A stretch of DNA of 63,971 nt from Octopus bimaculoides (GCF_001194135.2 NC_068993.1:14042288-14106258); one strand, 5' to 3'. Positions 12,411 to 27,700 are shown, counted from the stretch's first letter. Notes: generated from the letters alone by a model not told the origin. A program made the numbers and translations.

Positions 12411-15259
12411 ATTCGACTTGGGGCTTCACCGTAATTGCGAGTTTTGTGCAATAATTTAAAACAGTATTATATTGTTCGGGGCTATATCTACTTATTTCTT
12501 TGACGGCTATACATTCTTGAAGTTAAAATTGCAAACCATAAAAAATAAAAGTGTCTATAAGATTTCATATGAAGAGTAAAATAAAATAAAACAATGACAA
12601 ATATGATACTATAAATGTGTGACTGTATTACCAATCTATCAAGCATTATTCAATTTGAAATAACAAGTTAGAAAAGTGTGACTATTCATGCTGCATAGGT
12701 AACATTTTGAATATAAAGAATGGCAGCTTTATTGTCAAAATCATAAACAATTGTTCATATATATATATATATATATATANNNNNNNNNNNNNNNNNNNNN
12801 NNNNNNNNNNNNNNNNNNNNNNNNNNNNNNNNNNNNNNNNNNNNNNNNNNNNNNNNNNNNNNNNNNNNNNNNNNNNNNNNNNNNNNNNNNNNNNNNNNNN
12901 NNNNNNNNNNNNNNNNNNNNNNNNNNNNNNNNNNNNNNNNNNNNNNNNNNNNNNNNNNNNNNNNNNNNNNNNNNNNNNNNNNNNNNNNNNNNNNNNNNNN
13001 NNNNNNNNNNNNNNNNNNNNNNNNNNNNNNNNNNNNNNNNNNNNNNNNNNNNNNNNNNNNNNNNNNNNNNNNNNNNNNNNNNNNNNNNNNNNNNNNNNNN
13101 NNNNNNNNNNNNNNNNNNNNNNNNNNNNNNNNNNNNNNNNNNNNNNNNNNNNNNNNNNNNNNNTATATATATATACACATCTTGGTTAAATCATAGGATT
13201 TTGTTTGTTGACTCTGCCTGCGCGACATATGTGTCAAAGAAAAATGATCACCCAGCAAGATTTATCTCTAAATTGAAGTAAATCCCATGCTAGTAGATGC
13301 ACATTAAATTATAATTTCTTTTCGACTCACAATTACTAGATTGATTTCTCGCCAAAGTTGACGCATATTGAAAAATTAAGTGCAATTTTTAATCGATTTA
13401 AACTATTACTGATAAGAACATAAAAATAACGTTTGGATGAGACAAAGTGTCTGATTAGATTATAGAAATCATTTCAATTAACTTCACATGTTTGCGTAGC
13501 TTCACAATATCAATGAGATTATTACGTCTGTTATGGTGGTTTCTACTTCTACAGGCATAAACAATATTATAGTTAAAAGCAAGCGGTTTTAATGAGAGAT
13601 TTAACTTCATTCTATGTGTATTATCTTAGAGCACAAGTGGCCACATATTTTCTTTTTATATTGAATATAATATTTCAAGAATATGGAGCTGCTCATAGAT
13701 TTAGTACAGCTTCTATATGTATCATTGTTGATTAAATATGAACACATGTTTAACATCAATAACATGAAATAAGTCCAAACAGAATATAATTCAGAACTAA
13801 TAGCTTTGTAGAGGGGAATGATTAAACTGAGGAATTTGTATGCTTTGAAGGGAAATGACTTTAAATAGAGATTAAATTGAGATAAAGTACCAATATTGTC
13901 ATATTACTAACAAAATGCTTAAACGTATATTAGTGGTAGGGAACAGTAGATCTGTAAAAATATAAAAGTATAATGTTTCAGTTTATCAATATAATACTGA
14001 ATGACTAGACCAGTCGTATCAAATTCTATTTGAAATTTCCTTGGTGCCTTTTGCTGTTCTTTCTGTTGTTACATCAATATACATTCTGCAATAAACTGGG
14101 AATATAATTAGTAGTACGTTTGATCTACAATTTTATATCTTTATTAGTTTCATTAAGAGCTAATACAGAAATTGTAGATGCTTATCTGCACAACTGTAGA
14201 TTCAGCACACTTAATCTAGTGCAGTGTGAGTTGGTTAAATAAATGAATTATAATTAGAGTCATATATTTTCCTGTAAAGACAAATAACAGTTATATAAAA
14301 CTAGGTAAACATGGACGGAAGCATGTGACACATTTATTGGCATAAAAACAAAATATGATGTATTTGATCGCTTTCTGTTTAAAGAGCGGTGTATTTTAGG
14401 AGCTACAAAAGTGCCAATATAATCAGTAATACAGTGCCAGGGAATGTGAACATTGAGGTGAATAGTGAACGAATAATGAATAAAGGGAGGGATTAAAATA
14501 ACTTTCTATACAAAGAGACTATTGGTACATTATTTATAATGACATGGGAAATAAAGTTTTCATATTTTCGCTTTCTTATGTTTATAAACTTATCCTTTTT
14601 AACTGCCGTCTTCCACGGTGTTATAAAACTGATGAATGTGTGAATTCACACCAATGGAACAAGTTAATAACTATGTTGACGTTATATATGTCTAATGAGT
14701 TTAACACCTTCACTGTTCTAAAGAAAAAGCGTGAAACATTTACTTTTATCCTCGACTTTTATATGTTCTTGCTTCAATTTAAGGAAAGCAACTAGAAAAT
14801 TGCAAATAAAATAATTGCAAAATATTAATATATTTTTCTTAATTATATTTTCTTTATAAAATAGAAGTAATTTATCCATTCATATATTGTGTTTTTCTTT
14901 AAAAAAAAATACGCTTCGTATAGAATTTTTTAAAAAATGAATAATGGCTTCCTGCAAAATCTTTTCAAATAACTTTCAATTCATAATTTCTTTTGAGATT
15001 TCTTGATAAATAATTGAACCAAAATGTGATTATTATTTTTCATAGAATATTAAATATACATTGGAAGAATTTCATCCTACCTCACTGAAAAGTGAAAAAT
15101 ATTGGAAATGAAATGATGTAATGACAATTTTATTTCGAATTCTTCCATATTTTTTATTGACTATACGCGTAGGTGCGTGTGAGTGTGAATGTATATATGC
15201 GTGTATATAATATGATATAATATTATATAATACAATATAATATTGTATCTATATATTGA

Positions 15260-15310
15260 GATAGATAGATAGATAGATAGATGGATAGATAGATATAAAT
15301 ATACATAGAT

Positions 15311-15397
<87 letters not shown>

Positions 15398-15443
15398 GNN
15401 NNNNNNNNGATAGATGGATAGATAGATATAAATATACATAGAT

Positions 15444-15538
<95 letters not shown>

Positions 15539-15540
15539 GT
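15260..15540 (+). repeat. (GATA)n/(GACA)n tract, duplicated on both sides of a 10-N gap
   Basis: GATGGATAGATAGATATAAATATACATAGATAGAGAGACAGAC occurs both before and after the gap at 15399-15408. Confidence 0.85.
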
Positions 15541-16369
15541 ATGAGTAAATGTTATGGTAACATTTTAAAGTATAGCATTTGAAATTAATTTCGAAAATAA
15601 ATAGTTGTAAATATATGAAGAAAGGTACGAGAACAAAATGCCTTTTAGAATGAAAGAAAAGAATAATTTAGGATTATGGACATAGTGTTTTATTTGGAAT
15701 CTAATATAAGAAGCAATGGAAGGGAAAAAATATTCATCTATTTTTCTTTCGAATACGCCATTTAAATAGGTGCACATTTGAGATAAGGTAACCACAAAAT
15801 TCGATGACATTTAAATATCAACAAGGTATTCTGAGTTATTCACACGGTTCATGATGCACCATATAATGTTGAGTACTGATGCATTATTTGAAATACTTAA
15901 AAGCAGAGGATCCTCGCTGTGAAATCGAAGTTATGACGCATTTTCGAACGCCAACTGAAACCAAAATAATTTAGTTACAATGTTCTACTGTTATCATTTA
16001 AAATTTCATGAACGTCGTCAATAATATTTTTTTGTCCATATTAACAAATGTAATATATTCGAAATAGAAAGTAATATTAGAGAATACTAACATCTCATCT
16101 CATGAAGAGAATAATTATCCACTGAACAAGACTAAACCTCTTCCTTGATTGTGATTTCTAGAAGAAACAATTCGACTCTGCTGATGTTTATAGTTCCTTC
16201 AGTTAATGCATGAAAGCTTGTATATTAAGAGTATACCTATTTAAATAATAAAAAAAAAATACAGAACTAAGTATAGGAAAAAAGTATTGATGAAGTATTT
16301 ACTGCGCCTGTATGTGTACTTCTGCCTTTTATTTAACAGAATTATACACTCTTATAATCCAGCCGTAGT

Positions 16370-17075
16370 TAAACAAAATCCCCGCTGTCCCCAGTAAAGC
16401 AGTTTTATGAGCATGGTCTACGCTCATATCAATGCCAATTTCTCCACCATATTTCTGAAACCTGGCTGTTAATATTCCCAATGCCCCTAGAATTATTGGT
16501 ATGAGAATACTTTCTTCTATGCCCACATGCCAGCCACTAATATTTTAGTGACTTGTACTTCTCAATATTTTCTAGTATTTTTGTCATCCATTCCTAATTC
16601 CCCAGGTGAGGCAATCTCTATGATCTTGGATTCCATCATCATTTTGGCAACTACAACAATGCCATGAATCAAGCTCTGAATTACACTGGATTGTAAAATC
16701 CAACAAGATCTTATACTCATTATTCTCGGTAACAGCTAGTTCACGCTACGTTATCATGCCTCCTGGCTCACACTATGTGAGACTATTTCATTTTTTTAAT
16801 TTCACATACCATATAAAGGAGTCGTTTACTAGTCTTATCTATTTGGAACTTGGTGTAACTAGTTTTCATAGCCTGTTCCTGAGCGCTGAAAATCAATGCC
16901 TCACTGCATGCTTTCAGATCAACCTTCGTTTGCCACCTCAAGTTGTTGCTCTTGTATTTCCCTTCCATCTCTCTGAAGTATTGCCCATGCATCGCTTAAC
17001 TTTCCAGTTGCCCAGTCTTTGTTCTCCATCTTGTTTCTTAAATTGTTGTATATGTGTCACATTCTCAATTGGTAT
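16370..17075 (-). mobile_element. R4/Dong-type (restriction-like endonuclease) non-LTR retrotransposon, 3' fragment
   Basis: MHGQYFREMEGK…DLKACSEALIFSAQEQAMKTSY..FQIDK; ENNEYKILLDFTIQC; KIIEIASPG…IEKYKSL; IPIILGALG…HKTALLGTAGIL. This is the characteristic zinc-knuckle-flank/RLE C-terminal succession, with stops and frameshifts. Confidence 0.85.
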
Positions 17076-17139
17076 TGTGTTGCTATTTCTAACAACAGTT
17101 ATTATTATTATTACGGTACCTTGCCTGGAGAAACGTTAA

Positions 17140-17272
17140 CTCGCCGAAATAAATTATAAGTGCCATTTCGTCCGCCTTTTCTTTCTGTGTTCAAAATACT
17201 GCTGAGGTCGATAAATTAAATACCAGTTGAGAATTGGGGTTGATGTAATGCGACTATCCCCCACCCCGCTAT
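17140..17272 (+). mobile_element. SINE family A (internally deleted)
   Basis: GCTGAGGTCGATAAATTAAATACCAGTTG…GGGGTTGATGTAAT. Confidence 0.65.
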
Positions 17273-17744
17273 TTTATATATATTCCCTGCTCATTTTCAG
17301 GCAATATTTGGAAGCACGATTCGAGAGATAAAAGAAACATTGTGTAATATATTACAACTGCAATAGCTACCAGGTCATTTTCATTACTGATACGTTAACA
17401 AAAGCCATATCTCTTCTCGCAAGCAACCTGTCATTTTTACAGCTATCTCAATATGAAAGAATGATTAATACGTGATCAACAATTGGTCGATAAGTTTATA
17501 ATATATCTATGTTCACGCTGCATTAAGGGTGTCAACGCTTCGATCTTTGCTTTCAATATTCAAATGTTTAGAAACTCTATATTTCTCAATAACATAAAAT
17601 ATATTTTATATTTATTTTTCTTCTTTCAGTCCTTTCTTTCCGAGTGCATTCCATACGGTTATCTCGATTTTATAAATATTTACTCTTATTTTCGTATTTG
17701 TTCATCCTTTTTTTTTATAACTTAGACATTATCTAGGGAGGGAC

Positions 17745-18262
17745 GTGGGTGTATGTTAAGAAGATCGGTTCCCAACCATACAACTCCAGGTTCAGTCCCA
17801 GTACATGGTGCCTTGAGCACGTATCGTCTAGAATAGCCCGGGACCGATTAAAGACTTGTGAATGAATATGGCTGACGGAAACTGAAGCCCGTCTATCTCC
17901 CCTCCCCCCTCCCCCCTCTATCTCTATATATATAGACACACATATTGAGATTCCTAATATATATGAGTTTTACACAAAATTTCTTTACGTTCTTTACAAA
18001 TCAGGCGGATGGATTCTGTTTTGGTTATTTGTATGTGTATGTGTATATATAAATATGTATGTGTGTGTGTGCTTGAGGAGTGGTGTTTACTTACGGACCC
18101 TCCTAATTTAGTGGTTCGGCAAAAAGTGACCGATAATATAATAAATACTCGGCTTATAAAACAGTAAATACTGGGATCGGCTTTTTCGACTAAACACCTG
18201 AAGGCGGTTTACTCCAGCATGGACATAGAGCCTAATGACTAAAACAGTTAAAAGATAAAAGA
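17745..18262 (+). mobile_element. SINE family C (bipartite, with central microsatellite)
   Basis: Head TTCCCAACCATACAACTCCAGGTTCAGTCCC…GACGGAAACTGAAG, a central (TA/TG) tract, and tail GTGGTTCGGCAAAAAG…CTCCAGCATGG…TGACTAAAACAG. Confidence 0.8.
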
Positions 18263-18329
18263 TAACATATCCGTTTCCGTTTTAGCTCATATATTTCATA
18301 TCTTAAGTAATTCTATATGGCATATGTTA

Positions 18330-18720
18330 CGTGCGAATCCTGTGCGCCCACACGCGACTGAAAGTGAACTGATTTGAATAAATAAAGAACTGTGTGAACT
18401 GTCGGGGCAGGTGACAGAGTTGATCGACCGTATTGGTTACTGCGCTAGTGCGGCGTGTGTTGGTTCGAGTAGTACAGAGTTCGTTTTATGTGAACATAAT
18501 AATTCTGCTATAGGCTATTTTAGATAACCACATCCAAATATTTTTGGGGATAATGCTATTTTACACCGACGCGTACACGCACGTCATAACAGTCTGCAAC
18601 CGTGAAATATTCACTACCGTCTGGGGGTGCGCAACTGTCATGTATCAGTGATCAGACTACGAGGAGACACATCGTGGTAGCAAAATAAAACGCTTCAATA
18701 CACTTTTTTTCTTCAATTTA
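18330..18720. promoter_or_regulatory. CpG-rich, non-repeat island; possible promoter or enhancer
   Basis: Locally high CpG and GC against an AT-rich background. ATTGG (reverse CCAAT) at 18432-18436 and ACGTCA (CRE half-site) at 18581-18586. No homology to the SINEs recognised here. Confidence 0.3.
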
Positions 18721-19832
18721 TCTGCAATGCGCTGGGTTATGAAGTTTGTTGGACCTTTTCTCTAGAAAATCACTTCGATGTATGGAGTGTCTACCTACTA
18801 TATCAGCATTATGTAATCTTTTAACATTCGGTTACTATTCTGTGTTAACCACAAATGGGAACATATTGAAGTTCTACATTGCCATTCGTGTACGGAGCTA
18901 TGCGGTTTGGCATCACATTTTATTCCTGCTGTTGGTGGAATTCAAACTTAAAACTGGGTATACGGTATCAAATTAGGGCCTGAAAAGATTCATTTACGCC
19001 GATGATCTGTGAGAATTTAATTGTGCATTGACGTTAATGCATGAAACGATAATTTTAGAAACAACGACACAAGAGATGATCTTCAACTCCTCCGAAGTAG
19101 CAAACTAAAATGCAATTACTGGAATCAATAGATTCAGTGGCTATGATAAATATTATACTTACTCTAAAACAACATTTCTAGAATTCATTAGTTGCAGGGA
19201 GAGGAAAATCATAACGCAAACTGATCAATATCACGTTACGACAATGAATGGGGCAAAGAAAATTGTTTATCATGTCAAGACGCAAGTGCAATCGAATTTA
19301 TAAATGGACAATAATGAAGTAAGTAAAACCCTGAAATTCTTATATCATAAACGTAAGTAATATGAAATACAATGTTCGTTACTACGAGCACATTATNNNN
19401 NNNNNNNNNNNNNNNNNNNNNNNNNNNNNNNNNNNNNNNNNNNNNNNNNNNNNNNNNNNNNNNNNNNNNNNNNNNNNNNNNNNNNNNNNNNNNNNNNNNN
19501 NNNNNNNNNNNNNNNNNNNNNNNNNNNNNNNNNNNNNNNNNNNNNNNNNNNNNNNNNNNNNNNNNNNNNNNNNNNNNNNNNNNNNNNNNNNNNNNNNNNN
19601 NNNNNNNNNNNNNNNNNNNNNNNNNNNNNNNNNNNNNNNNNNNNNNNNNNNNNNNNNNNNNNNNNNNNNNNNNNNNNNNNNNNNNNNNNNNNNNNNNNNN
19701 NNNNNNNNNNNNNNNNNNNNNNNNNNNNNNNNNNNNNNNNNNNNNNNNNNNNNNNNNNNNNNNNNNNNNNNNNNNNNNNNNNNNNNNNNNNNNNNNNNNN
19801 NNNNNNNNNNNNNNNNNNNNNNNNNNNNNNNN

Positions 19833-19873
<41 letters not shown>

Positions 19874-21589
19874 TGCATTATAAATATATATGCACTACGC
19901 ATATATATACACACACACACATATATATATATTAATATGTATGTGTGTGTGTTTTTCTGCATATCTCTGATTTTGTGTTACTTCGTAAATATGAGTATGT
20001 CTGCGTGTCTTCGTGTCTGCGTGTATGCGTGTCTGCACGCTAGTACGAGTGCGCGTGCGTGTGCATGTGAGTGCGTGAATACAAATGAACCTTAGGATTG
20101 AATCTATTCCGGCTAGTATCGTACTAACGATCGACTCCATTAGGATTTCCGTTAATTATGTTAAACCTTCCTATGAATGTCTACTTCCCTGCGTATCATA
20201 AACTCGTTACATAGCTGCCCTTAACCACCCAATGCCTGCAATTAGATATCTCCAGGGAACAATCAGAATATTCTCGATGGACTTAATTCGCCTGATATTT
20301 TCAATGAAACATTGTAGTCTGTAATAAATTTGACATGTAAACTAATATTCTGGAGTTTAAATGAGACAACCAATAAATAAAAGCCATTCAAGTTGAAATT
20401 GTAAAACATGGATTCAACACAGACACATACACACGTTCATACACACACTTACAAACTCATACACGCGCATATGTATATGCTCCGACTAATATAAGATATT
20501 ATATAACATGATATNNNNNNNNNNNNNNNNNNNNNNNNNNNNNNNNNNNNNNNNNNNNNNNNNNNNNNNNNNNNNNNNNNNNNNNNNNNNNNNNNNNNNN
20601 NNNNNNNNNNNNNNNNNNNNNNNNNNNNNNNNNNNNNNNNNNNNNNNNNNNNNNNNNNNNNNNNNNNNNNNNNNNNNNNNNNNNNNNNNNNNNNNNNNNN
20701 NNNNNNNNNNNNNNNNNNNNNNNNNNNNNNNNNNNNNNNNNNNNNNNNNNNNNNNNNNNNNNNNNNNNNNNNNNNNNNNNNNNNNNNNNNNNNNNNNNNN
20801 NNNNNNNNNNNNNNNNNNNNNNNNNNNNNNNNNNNNNNNNNNNNNNNNNNNNNNNNNNNNNNNNNNNNNNNNNNNNNNNNNNNNNNNNNNNNNNNNTAGA
20901 TAGATGAATGCTTAATAAAATGGAAGTAAAATAACTTATTGATCCCGAGTCTAACTACAAAATATATCTATTGGTTTCTCTATATGATATTCCAATTCAT
21001 TATTGATCAATTGAATTAAATTTTGAGCGTGATGTAATATGCACTCGTACCTAAATGAATTAATATATGATTTGTGTGAATCTAGATATGAATCAATAAT
21101 AATGCATTCAGCAAGGCCCTTCATTTCCCGTTCCTCCCTACTATTCTAGTGAAATATATACAAGTTGTAGTTAGTTAGGTACTCTTTGCTGCTGAATGCC
21201 CTAGTCGTCGACTTACTAACTGACTGACTGACTGTAGAGGATGGCTACAGATCGTGAGAAAGTCTGGTTGCTACGTTATATCTGCATAGGCAATGAATAG
21301 TCGACGTGTTATACATGCAACGAGATCTAAAAAGATACAAATGAAGCTTTTGGCCTTTATAACATGTCTATTTGCATATATTCATATATTCTTTTCTTTT
21401 ATATTTTTCTACGCTGCAACCTAAAAGACGTAGGGATGCTGGTTCACCGCCAGTGTAATCACCTTTTCGATAGGCATTCTTATGGGAATGGCTTTGGGTG
21501 ACGCCGCTGCCTCTTTTAGCTCCTTGCTCTGATATCTTATCGTATACACACGCACTGACACACACACGCACAGACTCACAGGGTGAGGC

Positions 21590-21990
21590 AGAGAGGACGG
21601 ACGTTCATCTGTGACCTTGGAAATCAGGAGTTCGTGTTGTTTGTTTGAAACGTCTATGCCGATTCAATAAAGATCTCTTAGATGTCTTGGGAAGGCATTT
21701 AATTCCAAGCTGTTGCAGTTCCTAGTTCTCATTCTAGACGGTATAGCTGGGACATGTAGAACAGTGCAGTGACGTGCATTTCGGAGGCTGTTATATCTCT
21801 TGATGTCAAAGTTTGGTGATAATCATACCAAAGTATTCAATACTTATACCACTGCATACCCCTCCCATTTTCGCTCCAGCGAATAGAGTGATAGCTCTTT
21901 CAGTCTCTCCCAGTAGCTCAGCTGTTCCAATGAAGCACACTTCCTGGTGTAGCGCCGTTGAACTGCCTTAATTTCGCTATTAATTTGACA
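21590..21990 (-). mobile_element. CR1/L2-type LINE, RT C-terminal remnant
   Basis: IKAVQRRYTRKCASLEQLSYWERLKELSLYSLER matches the LE.VQRRATK…LSY.ERL..L.L.SLE.RR motif. It continues PNFDIK…RHCTV…PSRMRTRNCNSL…SKVTDE. Confidence 0.85.
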
Positions 21991-24077
21991 CTGTTGGATG
22001 ACCACAGTTGAGAGCAGTAGTCCAGAGGCAGTCGCAGGGCACCTGTCTATGCGCCTAAGCCCCCCTCCCCCGTTGGATGATTTGAAGGAAGTTATTCGCG
22101 TAGAAGTCATTCTAATCGACGGAGCAATGCCGGAGAGGGTGGTTGCCAACTTCCAAGCACGTCTTCAGAATTGAATCTATTAAAACGGGCACCACATGAT
22201 GGATGCTGTTTTCCACACGTACTTTTGACAAATGCTAATTCAGTACAAATACATTTATAGCAATGAAATGTGTTTGCATCTGAAATTAATGATTTCGGGA
22301 ATTTTTCAAAAACGCCCGTTCTCTCTGCCCCATCCTGTGTGTTTCTGCGTGTGTGTGTGTGTGTGGCTGTGTGTGTATACGTTAAAATATCTAGCTCTTC
22401 TAAGTACGCAGTAGTATATTTGAACGAAATTATCTCATCGTTGATGTTTTCGCCAACTGAGAATGTCTCATCTATTCAAGCAAACACATGATTCATCGGT
22501 GAACCACAGTATATATTGATTTCAAAATAACGCGATTTTTCTGCCTAATTGTGCGATAAATCTCGCAATATGACCTAATTCTGTGACAAATCGCGCAATA
22601 GGAAACAGGCGATATGCATAGAATATCATCAAATACTAAATATAATAAACCCCAAAAAAGAAATGATAGCCAAGATTAAAATTTGGATTGAATGATGTGA
22701 TTATGATGCACGTGATAATGTCTCATAATATGTAAAACTCCATCATAATAAGGCAATGGCAACGAATCAACATGAATCAGACTCTAAAATAACTATTAAA
22801 GAAAGAATAATAAGTAATAAATTTAAGCGGATTTTCGTCTAAAATATGTATATTATTCTACTCAGAACTTCACATTTTGATAAATGATAGCATTTCTGAT
22901 CCGAAAGTAGTCGCGACCATTACTTCATATTAAATAAATTGATATCAATTATATGCAGCAGCCTGTTTAGAGAGCGATAGTAAAAGGAAAAGTAGGAGAG
23001 CAACTGGGATATATGCAAAGATAGGCAGAAGCCAACAATAACAGGAATAAAAAAAGTTCAGGAGAAAAGAGAGAGATGTCGAATTTACAATACTAAATTT
23101 CATTTAAGATATTAGAATGGCAATGCGTTAATTGGCTACATGGGAAGAGGTTTAGTAATATAAGTGGATGCAGAAGGAGAGAAATACATATATCTTCCTT
23201 ATATATTGAGAGTAAAGTGACTAAAGAAATAAATCTTGCGGCTAAAATTACACCGAAATTCCTACTTGTATTGAAAGTCAAATGTCAAAATATGTATGCA
23301 GATCTAGACAAAATGGAAATTACAACCAAGCATGTGCGAAGTGTGGTGTAGATTATTTAATATGACGGTCTATAATAACTTCATATTTATGTTACATTTT
23401 ACTTAGGATTTTTTACATGCATGTATTAAAATTCTGCGAATATGTCAAATGAAATTGTTAATAACCGATAGAAAATATTCAATAAACGATATTGCCATAT
23501 CATTTCCAAAAGGAAATATCCGAATCTCTTCAATGTTTTATAGATAAATAAAAATAAAATGCTGCAACGTTTATTCCAATGGTGTATTAAAATTATTTTG
23601 ATAAACTTTGAAATTTGTAATACGATGTTATGTAATAAGGTTATTTTTTAAAATGTTTTATTTCATTTGCTTTTAATCCAGTTGGAAGATAATTGATTTT
23701 ACAAATTGAAAACTTTTGCTGACGTATACCGACACCATGCCTTCTTATACTTACATACACACTCACACACACAAGCACGCAAGTGCATATATACAACCAC
23801 TCATAGATTTAGTAATGATGTATAAATGAAGATGATAGATAGAATATAGATAAAAATTAATATGTTTAGCCTTACATTTTAAAGTTTGCTTTAAATGTAT
23901 ACGTTATGAACGTGTGATACTGTGTGGATGTATCTTTATGCGTATATGCGCTTGAGTATATGTGTGCATGTGTGTGGCTCTGTGTGCTCGAATCAGTGCA
24001 AATGGTTTTATGTGATGTATGTATGACCGAGTTGGAATGTATCTGCCTATGTTTACACTGACACACACATATACGTA

Positions 24078-24560
24078 TACAAGGTCTGATCAAAACGTTT
24101 CAGTTTCTTTTGAAACTAAACTAAAACAAGTATCAATTCGTTACTTAAAGTCATTCGAAGTCTACGCCTTCTAAATCCATACACGTCATTTGTATCACTC
24201 TACAATATAAGGTATAATGATTTGACTGATTACTTACGGCTAATACTTATGTTATAGAGCGTCATTACTGTGTTAAAAATTCTGTGTTTTATATCTGTCA
24301 TCATCTTTTGCCACAATTCTATTTCGAAGACTGCTTAGAATCCTACTCAAAAGAGCTAGTGAATTCTTTTGTTATAATGTGTTCAGGGATCGGTTAGAAT
24401 TACTACGTGGGACTGATGCATGGCTTTCTGGAACAAACTGATTATGTTCAACTTCTCATTGAATTGGTTTTGATATTTATTGCCTTGAAATCAATTATAT
24501 TATGAATTCCATCATGGCGTGTTGAATTGAATAAAATCTATTTTGTCATCCAAGCCAGCT
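24078..24560 (-). mobile_element. Mariner 3' remnant with terminal inverted repeat end
   Basis: TA-CAAGGTCTGATCAAAA end. The minus strand gives TCMDLEGVDFE* (cf. KCIDL.GEYFE*) and HNQFVPES (cf. H.EFVP.G). Confidence 0.55.
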
Positions 24561-26858
24561 TCTGTGATGGTGAACACCTTTAAATCTTTCTCGGTTTGAC
24601 ATTTGGAGAGTGAAGAATAATTTTACGACTGTCATCTGAGTCGAGCGGGAAGCGGCTGCATGGTTTGAGTTTTGGCACCCTTTGACGTATAAATGGTGAA
24701 GTTATGACTTGTTCTTTGTTATTCAAACAATTGGTGTTGGAATGCAGCACGGGTACATATACATACATACATACATACACACATACACATATATATANNN
24801 NNNNNNNNNNNNNNNNNNNNNNNNNNNNNNNNNNNNNNNNNNNNNNNNNNNNNNNNNNNNNNNNNNNNNNNNNNNNNNNNNNNNNNNNNNNNNNNNNNNN
24901 NNNNNNNNNNNNNNNNNNNNNNNNNNNNNNNNNNNNNNNNNNNNNNNNNNNNNNNNNNNNNNNNNNNNNNNNNNNNNNNNNNNNNNNNNNTATATATATA
25001 TATATATATATATTCGGAAACAAACAAAAATGTATTGCTATACGTACAGCACATAATATATCCTTCCGTTGACTGTCAAAAAAAAAAAAGAAAGAAAACG
25101 AAAGAAATTCTTCATGAATTTTATTGAACGCTTAATAAATATCTCTGTTTGTTTTTAAAATACCAAGTAGCTGGGTCACATTGGTTCAGTGCAATTACTT
25201 TTTTATTGTATTACATCAATTAAATAGTATAAGGTGTTCTACCTACAGACATAAAAGATGTTGTTGTTAGAAGTGTTACTGAATTAATCTGGCAAATATA
25301 TTGAGTGTACTAACTTACCTTTCATGAAATTAAATGACCGAAACATCAATGATCTCTGATGATACTCCAGTTTTAGTAATATTTTAGGTTTGAATATATA
25401 CAGCTCAATGTGAAAGTGTATATGCATATTCATTAAGAGATATCTTTAATCTTTTACTTGCTTCATTCATTATGCAGTGGCCATGATGCAGCACTTCCTC
25501 GGAGAGTTCAGTCGAGCAAATCGAACTTGGTACTGATTAAATTTTTTCATGTTTGATTCTTATTCCATCGATGTCTTTTGCCGAACCGTAAATTTACGAT
25601 GACCCAGACCAAATAACAACGTTTGACAAACAGTGCTGGCGCCAACCACAAAGACAGACACAAAAGACAGAGAGACAAACAAACAGACACACATACATTT
25701 ATACAAAATAAATTGTAATATTTGTTCTGGTTCTTTACGTTCTAAGTTTGACTCTCGTCCAGTAAGCACCTATATTTCACTTTCGTGTTTTGTGTAAATT
25801 GAATTAAAATCCGAAGTATTCCTGCACATAGCTCAATCCTCTTATCATTAAGTGTCTGTCTGTATCCCTATGTCTCCCTAGTTGTCACGTATTTAAATCT
25901 TCGCGGCGTGAAATGTATAAGAGTCAATTGAGAATATACAAAACCACTTAAAACCTATAGAGAGAAGGGCCACTACATGCTGGAATAAATTCACAGACCC
26001 TTCCGTGGAGCATCGATTTGAGTTATGTAAGAGTATTTTACGAATGATTGTATTTTTTTCTAATTTGCAAGTTAAAAACACAGTTTGCCGACAGCATCTA
26101 TCGTGAATCTCCTATCATGAGGCATACTTTTCGAAATTACTGTAAAATATAAATCCCTGAATTTACTTGACTTCATAATTTTCAGATGCAATGAAAAAAC
26201 AAAAAAAATTACATCCTTCATTACAGCTTATATAATAAAGCTGATATTTTTTAAATCGCAAATTGCTTAAAATTTGGCTGCAAGAATATTTGGTATTGCG
26301 CAATTGAGATTGAAATCTCTATAATCCGCCACTAAAATTTTTCCCTAAAATAAAATATAATATCACTGTCAAAACAAGCATTAAAAATTTTTAAATTATT
26401 TTCTGCTTTAAATATTAAAAAAAAAAAAAAAACTTAAAAAACAAACACATTTAAACATGAAGAAATTGCTATAATGTGAAATATTAGGGATTAAACCCTG
26501 CATTTCTTGTTATATAATAATAGTGTTCATAGTTAAAGATATTCAGTATTTTGTTGGTTTTCTGCGTGTTCTGAAATTTTAAATGTTTTGGGCTTCTTAT
26601 CACAATGGCCGTACAATCCATTCACTGCTGCAAACCCCAGCAGCAACATTTCCATTTGCCATTTCAATTGTAGAGAAGTTATTTCAAATCTGAATATCAC
26701 TATTGTGTATATACTTCGCACACACACACATACGCGTGCACAAACACACACACGTTCGCGTACACACGCATTCACACACACACACATTTATATACAAAGA
26801 GGTAAAGTGGAATACGCACGGAAACACACGCAAACTAGAATACACACACACACATGCA

Positions 26859-26896
<38 letters not shown>

Positions 26897-27029
26897 GATA
26901 CATACACACACTCCTACGTATACACCATTTGGAATCGTAGAAGGAGTGATCCACCATATATGTGTAGCCACAACTTCTATTTTGTTTGACAGCATTCAGT
27001 GAGCTTACTAAAAACATTATTGTAAGAAT

Positions 27030-27280
<251 letters not shown>

Positions 27281-27528
27281 ATGAATATGATGTTCGCTAT
27301 TATTTTCATAGTGGTCTCTGTGACTGCCAGAGACACATTAATATCAATTATGGACATTAATTTACACATCCATTTCATACATATGCAGACAGCCAAATGA
27401 AACAAAAGTAAGAGCAGGGATATAGTCTTCAGGAAAATAATGAGAAAAAGGCCGAAGGCAGACACAGAAGGGGGGAATAAAATCAAATTATATCATCGGT
27501 AGGAGGTTAGAAATCCGAACTTCATGTA

Positions 27529-27700
<172 letters not shown>

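Noticed and set aside
14158-14225. Candidate exon ANTEIVDAYLHNCRFSTLNLVQ with a GTGAGT donor
   Set aside because: It uses a rare AAG acceptor, has no homology, and has no phase-compatible neighbour that I can support.
15076-15084. let-7-like TGAGGTAGG on the minus strand
   Set aside because: The match ends after 8 nt and there is no precursor hairpin.
15260-15540. Apparent tandem duplication around a 10-N gap
   Set aside because: Most likely an unmerged contig overlap (assembly artefact) rather than biology.
21104-21199. 10-bp inverted repeat GCATTCAGCA/TGCTGAATGC
   Set aside because: Too short to support an element on its own; it probably belongs to the decayed 3' region of the adjacent LINE.
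22544-22600. 30-bp tandem duplication (similar 38-bp duplication at 53392-53452)
   Set aside because: Ordinary local slippage duplications with no further structure.
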